A stretch of 63,983 bases of DNA, the filler included, from Basidioascus undulatus (lineage: Eukaryota), in NCBI GenBank assembly GCA_000826855.1. It is 3 parts of 3 records of this genome, joined end to end, with 100 filler letters (N's around TTAATTAATTAA, not from the genome) between each part and the next. Parts side by side here need not be neighbours in the genome. Positions count along the whole stretch, not along the records: positions 21,889 to 43,675 come from JTLS01000319.1; 2 more parts are not named here. One strand, 5' to 3'. Below, one piece after another: positions 25,176 to 37,640 of this stretch. The translations under genes and the position numbers were made by a program. The notes under the pieces were generated by a model. It made no database searches. It was not told where the DNA came from and saw nothing but the letters and a program-made list of their open reading frames with translations. Within the stretch, counting starts at the first letter, position 1, and every line of letters starts with the position of its first letter.

Positions 25176-27269
25176 ATGGACATCAACAGCACTGCAATAG
25201 GCGGCCCTTTCACCCAGCTGCCGGGGCACCATGCGACTGCTGTGTTCCCGACGCCGGGCATGCAGGCGCTTGCGTGCTGCCTCTTCATGATTGGTACAAC
25301 CCCTTGAAGCCCCTACTCTGCACCTCGGAATCCATCTCATCTCAGCTGCTTGTTCCCAGGCATCATCCTGCTCACGTTCTGTCTCGCACGGCGCACGCAC
25401 GGCCTGTCGTTGAAGCCGTCCTCTTGGTCGGGCATGTCCTGGGCGCGCGTCTGTGTCGTACTGGTCTTCGTCGATTCGTACGTCCAGTTACCATATATCG
25501 GGAAATCACCAGGGCTTTAGATTCTTCGTCAGGCTCCTCTTCCTCTTTTCCTCGGGCGTGCTCGTCCTCGGCGTCGGCATGTCCTTCTCCTCCACGACTT
25601 GCGAGCTCGGCATCTTCCTCTGCATCGTCTTCTACGCCACATCGAAAATCTTCATATACTGCTTCCTGATCGAAAAGGTTGGGGTGATCGTTTTCTCAAG
25701 CACTACCGCCACATGCAGGCTGACGCGCAATCACCCCCCGCAAGGTCCACATCGTCTCCGCGACAGCGACGCCCAAGCCCCGCCTCTCCTCTCGGCTGTA
25801 CAAACTCTGCCTCGCAATCCTGACCCCGTATTTAGTCGTCGCCCTGCTCATGTGAGTGCACGCTGTCTCCAATTAGTCTGACAGTAAGGCTATAAGGCGC
25901 GCCTTCGCAGGATCATCGGCCGTGTCTCCCACCTCCGTTCGGACGGCGCCTGCGTGATTGGGTTGACCCAGCTAGGGTAAGTGGTTGGTCTCTTGCCCGG
26001 TAAGTGTACCAGGGCTGACCTTTAACAAGGACAGGTCCATTCCCATCCTCACCTACGACATCTTCATCAATGTCTTTGTATTTCACCTTACTCCTTCCCG
26101 CTCGCTGCCCTTTCAGCTGAATCACACCCCTCGGCAGCTCACCAGCCTGTTCCTTATTCCCCTCTTCCGGAGCGGGTTCGCGAGTCCGGTGTTGCGTAAA
26201 GTCGCCCTGCGCACTCTCATGTGAGCGCTCCTTCAACGCCAACCTGACAGAGAGCCGTCGCGTTGTTGCTGATGCTGGTGCGGGCCGGTGGCCACGCAGT
26301 GGGGCTTTCTGCGCCCTAGGGACCTGTGCGCAGCTTTCTGTCCCCTTTATGGGGAAGCTGTGGCCTCACATATTCTGAACGAGAGAAAACATACAGCGGC
26401 TGTCAACATCCTCATCCTGATCCTGAGTGCGTCCGACCCGAAAAAGCCCCATCGTGGAGCCGCGTTCTAACACAGTCGGCGCGGTGCAGTGCGAGGACAC
26501 CAGCTCGGCTGGGTGAGTGATCACCCGCTCGCTGATAAACCGCGAACTCACCTTCAGAGCTTTTCTTACCCTCTTCCATCCACTGGTTGCCTCGAACTGC
26601 AGGTCTGCCTCGGCGCCTGCGGCGCCGATGTCGTGCTGAACACGCTCGTCCTGTTCTACGTGACCTACAACCCAGCCCCGACCTTGACGCTGCCGTCCTC
26701 GCACCCGAACGGCGACGCCTTCAAGTCACCCGAGGCCCGCTCGTCCGTCCAGGCGGGCTCCATCTCCATCCCCAACGACTTCGACTACCTCCCCACCGCA
26801 CAGCACCCCGCGCCCCTGCCCCGCGCCAAAATCGTCCGCCCAGGCACGGCCAACCAGGCGGTTACGAACCGGAGCATTGGAGTGCGCAGTCCCACACGCA
26901 GGAAGAAGCGGGGCACGGGGACGTGGGATACTGTGCGGGGACTGTGGAAGGCGGGCGGGGGGAAGGCGAACGACGATATGGAGGCGGGCGGCCGGTCGAT
27001 CCAGGTCAGTGGGCCTCGAGGTGTTTTGTTTCCTTAGCTCGAACGGCTTTACTGATGGGGAAAGAATGAATTAGCTGGAGATCTCCGTCACTCAAGATAT
27101 TTCGCGCACAGAGCACGTCCTCCTTGATGACGACCGGGACGTGCAGCGCACCCTTCGCAGCGCGGACGGCACGCCCAACACGCCCTCGCTCGTGACTGGC
27201 ACGTCGCGCTCGAGCTCTTCGACGTTCAACCACAAGGATGGGGCTCCGTTCTCGGACCTGAAGGACTGA
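25176..27269 (+). CDS. Seven-TM-like (GPCR-like) fungal membrane protein; multi-exon
   Basis: The spliced product has about 7 hydrophobic helices: ..VVLVFVDS, CELGIFLCIVFYATSKIFIYCFLIEK|VHIV, GACVIGL, YDIFINV, IGAFCALGTSAVNILILILMRGHQLGW|VCLGACGADV. A soluble tail follows. Confidence 0.8.
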
Positions 27270-28193
27270 ATCACTCCTCCCCCTCTTCCCCCTTCCGTCG
27301 CTCTCTCCTGATTTATGCTCTCACCTCCTCGCACTCGCTTTTGCTGTTCAGGTTTTGTGTTTCCGCGTCCACCGCATCTGTTGAATTATCTTGATCCACT
27401 TTCCTTTTTAAGTTCAGTCGTTCCATAGTGCATTCCCTCAGGTCTTCCCCCAGTTGTCTCGCGCCCGCTCGTTCGCATTGTCCCTTTTGTCTTTTATACT
27501 CCTAGCGTATCCCTCGCAGTAACGACCCTCCCGCTTTTCTGTACTTTTCGTAATCGCAAGCAATTGCATGTTAGGTCAGACAACATTTGAACAGGCATAA
27601 TTTCTCGTGTGCAGGATTATTGGCCCGACTGCGAAGGCTTTGCATTACTCGGGACTCGCGCTCGCTCTGCCCTCACTGCATCCGTTTCTTGTTGAAACTT
27701 CATCGCCTGCAAGAAATCATCAGCTTTATGTATCGCCGTACACAACATTTTGCTTGCACTTCAAGAAGTCCACTCGCACAACCATGTTTGAGCGGCGCCC
27801 GGAATAACCTTTAATTTGGGGTGTCCCGCTGCGTCGCCTGTTTAGCGTGCACGTCATCACCGCGTCTGCGGAGCCTCGCATGTATCGTGTCGCACCAAAC
27901 GCAGTCATCCTGAAGTAGAGTCTACTAATTGGTATAGCTTGTAATACAAGCCATAATAATCTCTCAATCGAATGTCTATTGTTGTTGACTGCTGTGGGGT
28001 ACACACTGGAGGAGGATGCCAAGCCAAGAAGTGCAAATGGACGCGTATCGCTCGTGCAAGTCGATTGCTCACTTACCATCACCTGTGTATACCCTCCCCC
28101 TCCCGCAACCTAACCCTCTACCACTCCGAGTCCCCACACAGCATCGAAATACCAACGCTCTTTACATATCACTGAACACCACTCGATCAAGTC

Positions 28194-31100
28194 ATGTCGG
28201 AGGAGGCTCAGTCTGGCCCGACGAGCCAGGAGCTTGCCATCGACTTACAGGCCAGTCGACGTCTCCTCCGGACGGGAGGTGCTCTATCCGACAACATCTT
28301 AATTACACGCTGTACCCCACCAACAGATCTTCTTCGGCGTCGTCCTCGGTCTCGCCTTTCTCCGTCGCCTTCCGTCCATGCTGCGCTGGCTCGCGCATGG
28401 CGGACTGCAGCGCTCCACCTTCTTCCACGCCGGGCAGCTAGACGCGCCTATGCTATACCCCTTCAGAGGCCATGAAACTGTTCACGACATCTCTACTCGA
28501 CGTCCCGGGCCAAATGTGTTCCAGCGCGCGCTCGTGAGCATCAGGCAAGTCCAGTCCATGCTTCTCGATGTTTGGTGCTGCGCCCGCTTATGTCGTCTCG
28601 CGATCCCTTTGCATTATAATTTATCTCCATTATTCAGACCTACTGCCCACACGCCGCTCCCTGGAATGTCCGTCACGCTTGGGCAATTCATCGTCCTCAT
28701 CCTGTCCGCCACGGCCTCGATCGCCATAATGGTTTGGGGGCCAACGAACCCGATAAAGAGCCCGAACAGGTCCGGGTTCGCTGCGATCGCTCTGACCCCG
28801 GCAGTGGTGGGTTTGGGTCTGAAGAACTCGTAAGTCCACTCGCATTGCAATGAGGAGAGGCGGGGCACATGGCTGACGACGCCGTTCATAGGTTGGTTGG
28901 CGGGCTCGGTGGTTGGGGCTATGAGAAGGTGCACAGTTATGTTTAGAAATGTGAATGATCAAGCTGCGCGCTGAGCTCTGTCAATCCAGCTCAACCGCCT
29001 TCACCGCCTCCTCGGGCGTCTTCTTTTCCTCTTCGCGCTGCTGCACACCGCCGGCTACCGTGAGCCGCACTGTCGTGTATAAAGGCAGCAAGCAGCTCGC
29101 TCATTTTGTTTGGATACGCAGTGCACATGTGGATCAAGGCTGGCAAGACGGCCCAAGCGCTCCAAGCGCCGTCTATGTATGCCGGTCTCATCGCAATGAT
29201 CGGGCTCGCCCTTACGTAGGTCGCTTTTGATGCAAAGTAGTGTATCTGATGCTGATCGTTCTCGACTAGGGCGGCGATTTCCATCCCATTCTTCCGATCC
29301 AAGTGCGTTCAGTTTTCAGCTGATCAGCGCTCGCAGCGCTCCTTGCTGATTCGAACGTGCAGTGCTTACAACTGTGCGTCGCAAAACACTGACTTTCGCT
29401 ACTGTGGGCTGAGATCGTTCCAATTTAAATTACTTTATATCAGTGTTCTGGTAAGCCATCTTCCAGCGGTCGTAGGTCTGGGAATTGTGCTTACGAGACG
29501 CTCTCAGGCACTCGCATGTGGGCGTTTCCGAACTCCAAAAACTCACATAGCGTCCGAAATACTCACATGAGATTGCAGTGGATCGGCTTCTGGACCTATC
29601 TGGTAGCCATTTGTTACCACGTCCCTATCGTTCGCCCGTGAGCATCTTCAGTCCAATCCGGGTGACCCTCGCTAATGGCCCGCGTAGCTGGATCGTGCCG
29701 TGCGTTATCGCGTACCTCGGCGACATCGTTCTCCGCTGGATCCGTACCCGCACGGCGATCGCCAACGTCGTTCCCCACACCAAGGCGGGCTACGTGCGTG
29801 TTAATCTCGATGCTTGCTTCTCAGGAGCGTCGTTGACCTGATGTGGTCTTCCAGACGACCGTCACTATCCCCTCTCTCCGAGGCGGCTGGGTTCGTAATC
29901 TCATCTCTCTCTTCCCTCTTTATGTGCGCTGAATAACGTTATGTGGAAACAGGAACCGGGCCAGCACGTACGTCCATGATTCTCTCCAAGCGTGGTGCTG
30001 AATGAAGCTCATGAATAGTCGAGCAGGTCTATCTTCGAGTGCACGGCCTCGGCGGCATGTTCGGCGGCCTCAACCAGGCTCTCGAGAAGCACCCCGTTTC
30101 TATCGCCAGCTCTGTCGGCGGGAAGGATGGTCTGCGGCTCATCATCAAGAGCAACGGCGACTGGTCGGGCCGACTCCTGGCGTTGGCGCAGAGGCGCCAG
30201 AACGCTGTGAGCATCCTTTAGCATTTCCCGCCCGATGCTGGTGCGTGGGCTAACGCAATGTGATGCAGGTGAAGTACTCTGAGGAGAAGAACGAATTGGG
30301 CACCGCTAGGGTTTGGGGTGAGTATTCCCCGCTGCAGGGATGCAATCCGATTTTGACCACGCTTCTCTTTCCTGTAATAGTCGAAGGACCGTATGGTAAG
30401 TCGTTCCCTACTTCACACCCGCTCTTGCGTGGATCACTTTTTACGGTCGACCTATCCAGGCGGTCCCTTCTACACGTCGGTGTTTCTTCTCTATTCAGCC
30501 TGTGAGCTTACACATATTGACTTTTTTCGCACTGCACACAGCAACTTCTCCGTGAACAGCTATGTCGTATTCGTCGCGGCCGGTTCCGGTCTTGCGTTCG
30601 TCTTGTCCTGCGCGGAAGACCTCGTCAAGCAGAGCCGTCGCGGACGGTGCCGGACTGAAACTGCCGAGATCGTCTTCATCGCTCGCGACATCGGTGCATT
30701 AGTTTCTGTCCGTTCGGACCCGTACTTCGTGTTCACCGGAAATATTTTTCGCAGGCACCTTGCAAGTTTTCCAAGAGGAGCTCACGGTCCTCATGCGCTC
30801 CGCCAACCTCGTCCCGCTGGACCTGCGGCTCTCGGTATACCTCACCCGGCCTCCAGCCGACATCAACGACCTCTCGTACCTCGTTCCGCAGAAGAACGTG
30901 AAGATCCACACCTCTCGACCGCTGATTGCCGGTACTGTCGAGGCAAGTTTGACAGTTTCAGTTCTTGCCCAGGCGGGCGATCGCTGACCGCCGCGCTGCA
31001 GAACGCACTGGAGGAGGCTCGACGAGAAAACAACGCGTGTGGGCTAGCCTTCGGTATTTGTGGTCCGTACGTCTCTTTCTGCTTTTCAGTCTTCATCGTT

Positions 31101-31303
31101 GTAAGTGCGGTCAACGCTGACCATGCCGTCTTACAGTCCCGGTGTGGTACGGAAAGTGCGTGCCGCCATTGGTGGCCTGGACGAGCAGGCTATGAAAGAG
31201 GCCGGGGGTGTATCGATGCATTGCGAGTACGTCGTCAGCATCTTAGCAGTCAATTCTCGCCGGGACACTGATGATGGGCCGTTGCAGGACGTTCGCCTGG
31301 TGA
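28194..31303 (+). CDS. Ferric/cupric reductase (FRE/NOX-family flavocytochrome); very intron-rich
   Basis: LNRLHRLLGR..LHTAGY, the reconstructed AYNLFWHSHW..ICYH (second heme-His pair), WEPGQHVYL, HPVSIAS, VEGPYGG, AAGSG, ICGP and C-terminal HCETFAW*. Confidence 0.9.
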
Positions 31304-31756
31304 AGTATTGTAGTACGTCCGAGTACACTCGCTTGCAAATTGAGGATGCGCTGGCGCTCCCATATTGTTGCATCGACGTACCTTCATTTTATCTATGAAT
31401 TTGAACAGCTCGTTGTGCCACAGCAGGAACGATATTCGATGCTGCAGGTTGAACCAGACGAAGCAAACGGGATAGTCTGCAGGCTTCCACTGGCCACTTA
31501 AGGCAGAGGAAACATGATTCAGCCCACATTTCTACATTCTTCCAAACGGGAAAGAGGGCAATTCCTTGGCAATCCCATCCGTTGTTGTTGTGTATTATAC
31601 GGAACACACTCTTGAAAGTGTCAGTGAAAGTCGGTAGAGTGAGCCAAGCTAGGGTTATGCTTCCGGCCCGGCGCGTACCCGCGTCGCCGCGCTGCCTCGC
31701 ACGGTCACCGCACTCATTCGCACTGCCATCAAGCTTGTTCCCACACCGTCACCATC

Positions 31757-33547
31757 ATGACCGAACCTATCCCATCATCGCCCCCGCACGCCTCCATATC
31801 CCAGCCCAACGGCGAGAAGGGCGAGAAGTACAACTCGCTGAAGCGCAAGTACTGTGCGTCCTCGAGGGTCTTGGGTGAAGACGGAGGCGTCGCTGATGGC
31901 CAAAGTCGGGTGCGGCAGTCGAGGTCGTTGACGTGAGTCTGCGGGAGCATAACCCGGATTTTTGGGGTGCTCATGTTGGTTTCTTGGCTGGTAGGACCGG
32001 GACAGTGCTCTGGACGCGCTGGCGAGGGCGCAGGCTACGGTCGCTAGGCTGCAGCGCGAGAAGGCGTTCGTGATCTCCTTTCCCACTCTGCCGTCTTTTC
32101 TCAGCATCTGAACTTGCGTTTCCTTCTTGGATCCCATGTAGAGCTCTTCAGGACCGTCTTGCCTCGCTCGAGTCCAACGGTCATGCATCTACTTCGGGCT
32201 CGTACATCCCGCCTGCGTCGCTGCCCAAGCCATCCCTGTCGCCCTCGCCTTCGGACGACGAGGATGCACCACCTGTGCGCCTGACCTCCGCCCACATCGG
32301 GCCGCGGGCGCGCGCTCAGCCGCCTTCAACTCGGGTGGCTCCGCCGCTGGTTTTGGCGCAGCCGACACCGGAAGAGCCGGCGGCACCGACCATGTCGGTT
32401 GTTCCGCGCCCAAGCCGGGCGCGGCAGCGGCGCGGATCAGACGCGAGCGAAGCGGCGAGCGATGCGGCTATGGATGAGGACGCGCCGGCGGCGAAGAGGA
32501 CGACCAAGCCGAAGAGGCTAAAGGGGCACACAGTCGTGAGTAAGGAAATTCAGATCCAGCAGGTGAAGCGGGACGAGCAAGGACGGCCGGTGCTGCCACT
32601 ACAAGTGCGTCTTGGTTTATTATGATGGTCTGCCCCAAGCCTTTGTCGAAGTTGACCAATGGATGGACACCAGGTCGGCCTCCTCACTGTCCATTCACTG
32701 GGTGAAATATCCCAATCCGAGCAGTGCGTTCCTATCACTTTCACGCGACGTCTCGTTTGTGACTGACTAGAACCCGCAAACCCGCATCAGCTTCCATACC
32801 GAACGCTGTGCGTATGCCTTCAGGCTTCAGCTGATGCTGATGTGTGCTGAGCAAGGCGGGCAACGCGCAGACATCTTCCCACCCGGCTACACCGTCACGC
32901 GGGAATACCCGTCCATGAAAGACCCCAACGCCGACACGACCTACACCTGCCGCATTCTTGCCGCCCCGGACGGTCCGCGCTTCCAAGTGCTTGCTGCCGA
33001 GTGCGTCCCACGGCTCAGCATTTCGCATTCGACATGCTGACGAGCGAATTGATCTAGTCAACCTGGTTTCGCCCTCACGGCGGGGACTGCTACCGGCGCG
33101 TGGAGCGGGATCGTCCGCACGGCGAACCACATCCGGAAGCGCAAGGCATCCAACTCGGTTTCCGGACCGGACTACTAGTGCGTTCGTTCCATTGCCCTGT
33201 CTGCCGCGCCTGAAGAGTTAAATTGACGGGCTTGGGATACCGTACAGCGGGCTGGGCCAGAATGTCATCAAGTGTCTACTGCAGGAGCTGCCGGGGGCGA
33301 CCGCGCTTCGTGACTACGTTCATATGCAGTATTCCTTCGTCGGGTGCGTCTTCAGCTCGAACTCACGTTCGCCCCCCGCTCATGTCCGTCTACTCCCTGC
33401 TTCAGCCCCCCCACCACAGCGCCAACCGCTGCTCCAGACTCATCCCCTACCACCTCCGTCGTAAAGCTCCCCAAGCGTTCGTCCAAAGCCACGCCCAAAG
33501 CAAAGCCCCGCCAAACCATCACTGTCAAACCGCTCGTCCCGCCCGCA

Positions 33548-33578
<31 letters not shown>

Positions 33579-33841
33579 AATCCGAGCACTCAGAGGCTGA
33601 GCAGGAGTCTGATCACGAGCTTGAGCAGCCAAGCACGAGCGCAGCGTCGCTCTCCAACCTCCTCGCCGAGGCGCCCGAGCCGCGTTCTGGCCGCATGCGC
33701 GTCGCCGACTTGCTGGATGACTCTAGAGGCGGGAGTGCACCGCCGAAGCCAATCTTTTCCCAGCCGGAGAGCAGTAGCGCCGGGGAGGAGGAGGAAGAGG
33801 AAAGTGAGGGCGGGGACGGGGAGGCGCACCGGCCGTGGTAG
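31757..33841 (+). CDS. FYRN/FYRC-domain chromatin protein (TBRG1-like) with an N-terminal coiled coil
   Basis: KYNSLKRKY coiled coil, LTVHSLGEI, FHTERYIFPPGYTVTREYPSM..YTCRI..GPRFQV, TATGAWSGI and SGPDYYGL..LLQELPGA. Confidence 0.85.
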
Positions 33842-34611
33842 TGCGAAGGAGGACCGTCACTGTTTGCTCACATTATCGCATCTTATTACACGTCTAGTTC
33901 ATTTTTTGCGCTGGCCTTTCTCGTGTTTCGCGGCTAGATTTCACGACCGTCATCTCACCGATCGCCCATCGTACTCTTCTTTTCCTTTCGCACGCCCTTC
34001 GCACACACCGCGTCCTGGGCTGTCCATCCGGACATCCACACCGAGGACGTGGGCGTGTTGCTCGCGCACCCGCATCGGATGCGCAATTTGCTTTCTTTGC
34101 AAGGGCCACATGAACTATGGACCGTCTTGACGGTTCGCAGCCTATATAAGGACTCGGCGGTTGAGAGAGAGTCGCCGACCGCGGTAGTATCGTGGCTGTA
34201 CATCTTCGCCTCCTAACTCATGTCTCTTGACTGCAGGGGCGAGCGGGATATCGTTGGAGACCCGTTGGGCATGAATGATTTGTCGGAACGACTGTGACGT
34301 TTCAATGGTACTTTCTTGGCTTGGGTGCGGCGTACTCGCTTTCATCCGAATATACTGCAGATGTCGCACTTATCTGAGGGAGCAGACCGTTGCAAGCATG
34401 ATGCGGTCAAGTGAAAGTGAAGCAAGTTGAAGAGTGGTTTCCACGAACTATCCGCCGAAGCTGAGAAGCACTTATCCACCGAAGAGCGAGAAATAGCTAG
34501 AGGGGCATTATGCTCTGTCAACGTGAATCAAAAGGACTCACAACGAATTATCAAGTAGTCGAATGAGGGGAAGGGTGGAGAACGAGAGCATGGCGGGCCG
34601 TGAAGCTCGAC

Positions 34612-36471
34612 CTAGTGGCGCAGAATGCCACCTCCGCTCGTCTCAAGCATAACGCCGCTCGGGATCCTTTCCAGCGGCGACGACATGTGGAGTGCATCAC
34701 CCTCCATAGTGGCCCTACGACGCCGGTCCTCGCTCCTTGTCGCCGCCGCGGCGACCTCGGCAGCTGCTGCGACGTTCTGATGAACCCCGTGTGTGAGATT
34801 TGCGACGTGCAGTGAAGTCCGAGAGCTCTGCAATACGCACCGGGTGGGTCACTCCGTCCTTGGTGTCCTTATTGGCAGCAAAGATCTCCTTGAACCCAGC
34901 CCACGATCCCCGCCGGCCGAGATGCTTTCCCTCCATGCCGCTGGAGGTGTGCCCGTTGCGCATCGTCTTGCGCCCGGCTTTGAACACTCCCGGGGCAGCG
35001 TTCGGGTTGGCAAGTTGAGGCGCATGGTTGTAGTGGCCTATGGAGTCCATATGCATATGTCCAGTAGTAAGCGGCGGAGGAGCGACGGGGATGGAGGGGA
35101 CAACTGGGGCCACCGCGCGGGTGGGCACGGGCGTGCGAGGCAGCGAACGGCGACCACGGTATGAGAGGGCGAAGCGGAGCATGCGCTTGAGCACCATGTC
35201 CGAAACGTAGCAGGCGAGGAGTACCCAGACTGTAAAGAACAAGAATGAGAAAAGTCATATTAATGTTGAGACCGACGGAAATGTGCTGCTCACGAATCGA
35301 GTAGCCGGTCATGCAGGTGAGAATGAGAACATTGACAGCGGCTGCGTTTTGAAAGTGGTCAGGGCTGGTAATGTGAGCCCGGGTATGGATACGCACAGAC
35401 TCCCAGAGCTCCAGCGGCCCCACTGAGGGAAGTGAGTTAAGCAAGCCTTCTATTTTCTTCAAGACGGGAACACATACAGTGCAGCCTTCTTGAGGGTGCG
35501 GCAATCAACGCGCTGCACGGCGCGAGGGATCAAAAACGGCAGTAGCCCGAAGATGACAGTCTATGCGGTGCAGGTTAGCCCTGTCGTTGCACGTGAAGAT
35601 TTAAATAAGCAGTTTCAATCATACGCAGATGTTAATCGCTCCGTTGCGGTTGAGGCGAGGGATAAGGCTGGAGAGAGAGTCAGCAGGCTGTGACGGTCTG
35701 AACATCAGTGGAAGACGCACTCATCGTTGTTCGCGAACATAATCGGTTCATTCGGGTTGAGGAGCAACCACCGAGCGCAGAATCTACTTGTGTGAGTTAG
35801 ACATGATGGGCCGTGGTAAGGCACAAGGGATCACGTACACAGCCAGCGCCGTGACCAAGCAAGGGATCGCCATGCGGAAGGACGCCTTGTTGGGCTTCAA
35901 CACCTGAACCACGCCTTGGTAGACCTTGCCCATGAGCGGCATCGGAGAGAAGGGTACTCCAATGAGGTCGATCTGATTGATTGTCAGTTACAGCAGTGCG
36001 TGGTGTAGGACTGAAAGAAGAGTCACCCTTTCAATCAGGAACAGCTCAAGCGGAGATGCGCTTCCGCCGTCTGCAACGACGAAGCACTCGTATTTCTTCA
36101 ACTCGGCATCTGTCGCGCTACGTCGGGCCTTGAACCCGTGAAGAATAGGGTCGCCCGACTCTACCGAGAGCTTCGGCGAGTTGGCCACCTTGCTGGCGAT
36201 GTCCTCCGCGGTGATCTGCATCGTGCTGTCGGCGAGAACGACGGCGACGTTTTGGGTAGGGTATGCGTTGCTGAAGGAGATTTTTTTAACCTTGAACTTC
36301 ATTGGGTTGTCTAGCCTCGTACCTGATCTCTTTGCAAAGCTCACGGCAGAGCTCCTCGTAGTCGCCCTCGCGAACGTTCATCACAGCGCATAGCGCCTCG
36401 AGCTTCTCGGTGGTGACTTGGCTCGAGTTCATGGAGGCCACGGTAGTCGAAGATGAAACCGAGCCTGTCAT
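34612..36471 (-). CDS. Divergent paralog of the 25176-27269 membrane protein, lacking TM1-3 and carrying a soluble N-terminal domain
   Basis: Shares FLIE(R/K) followed by a phase-0 intron, an equivalent 26-nt exon, SAVN(V/I)LIL, W-V.L.AC..D.VL and a basic-W tail motif with the + strand gene. The start codon is tentative. Confidence 0.7.
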
Positions 36472-37295
36472 TGTGGTAACAGTGGACTCGCTCGGAAGGC
36501 AGCAGCGGGGAATGCAGAAGCAAATCGTCGTGCCAGGGCGGTGCTGCGTTGGGCACGGCGAAGAGAGCGAGGCGAAGAAGGGGATGAGAGGGGCTCCCTT
36601 CAGCTGAGCTGTGCCTTAAAAGTAACCCAGTAAAACAGGTCGGGACGAAGGAAGACAACCTTTGGGGAGTTGTCTTGTTTGGTCTCGCCAGTCAGAGCCT
36701 AGCGATCCCTTGATGGCCATGCTATGCGCGAGCAGTCCGCGCTGCTAGCTTGGTTCAGGAAGGGCTTTCCTTGTCTGAACAGATTGAACAGGCTACTTTT
36801 AATGTCTTGTTGAAGATAGGCCGATGTCGCACTGTCGCGCTTGTTGTGTGCGTACCAGAGACAACCTACACAACCACCAACGCGTGTCCGGGCCCATAAT
36901 GTTTTGGCTGGTATCACTTCAAAGGTATTTTGAATGACAATGTCCGGCGAATTCGAAGCGATCTGCATCGCGCTTCCTAGCTTCCCGCGCTGGATCGCCG
37001 GCCGACCCTCTCTCACTACGTCTTGACGTCCACTTTGCATCATCGTAGAACGGCGGCCTGATAATCGGTGTTGCAACGATCAAATGCACTGGCCTCATTC
37101 AACGCCTTTGCCTGATTCTCAGGAATACATGCGTTGCATAATGATGCGCAAATATTGAGACTGAGATCATCGATCAAAGTCACCAGCTTGCCGGGTCTAT
37201 AAGAGAGCCTTTGGCCGTTGCTCTCTTCACCTCTAACCATCACCTTTCTCAGCGTTCGCCTTCCATCACCAACACTCTTCCCCAACACCACCACT

Positions 37296-37640
37296 ATGTC
37301 TACCAGGAAGGACGCCTACAACGTGCCCGTCACGGATGCGTTTGAGCCCGCGCACGTCAACCCGGCCCAGGAGGACGCTGCCGCCGAGCGCTCGGAGGAG
37401 ACGGGCGAGATTCAGCCCCCGGAGCTTGTGAGATACTCCACTCTTCGATCTTTCTTGCCTGATACCGATCTGGCGGTGAATATTTTTAACTTATATCCAC
37501 CGGGAGCAACGCAGGATGACATCGACCAGAGCAACATCCTGAACGAGCGGACGCGGGGCAAGAAGATCGACACACTCGGTGCCGAGCGCGAGGTCGACGC
37601 CGCTGTCAACGCCGCAGACGCTGCCGACCAGGGGTCTTGA
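37296..37640 (+). CDS. Small acidic protein with a Chz1-like (CHZ) histone-chaperone motif
   Basis: After the intron at 37428-37514 the sequence reads EL|DDIDQSNILNERTRGKKID, which resembles the CHZ motif. Confidence 0.65.
   Translation: MSTRKDAYNVPVTDAFEPAHVNPAQEDAAAERSEETGEIQPPELVRYSTLRSFLPDTDLAVNIFNLYPPGATQDDIDQSNILNERTRGKKIDTLGAEREVDAAVNAADAADQGS

Noticed and set aside
27590..28190. Iron or copper response elements upstream of the ferric reductase
   Set aside because: Only partial matches (e.g. ATTGCTCA) were found, with no convincing paired GATA or CuRE sites.
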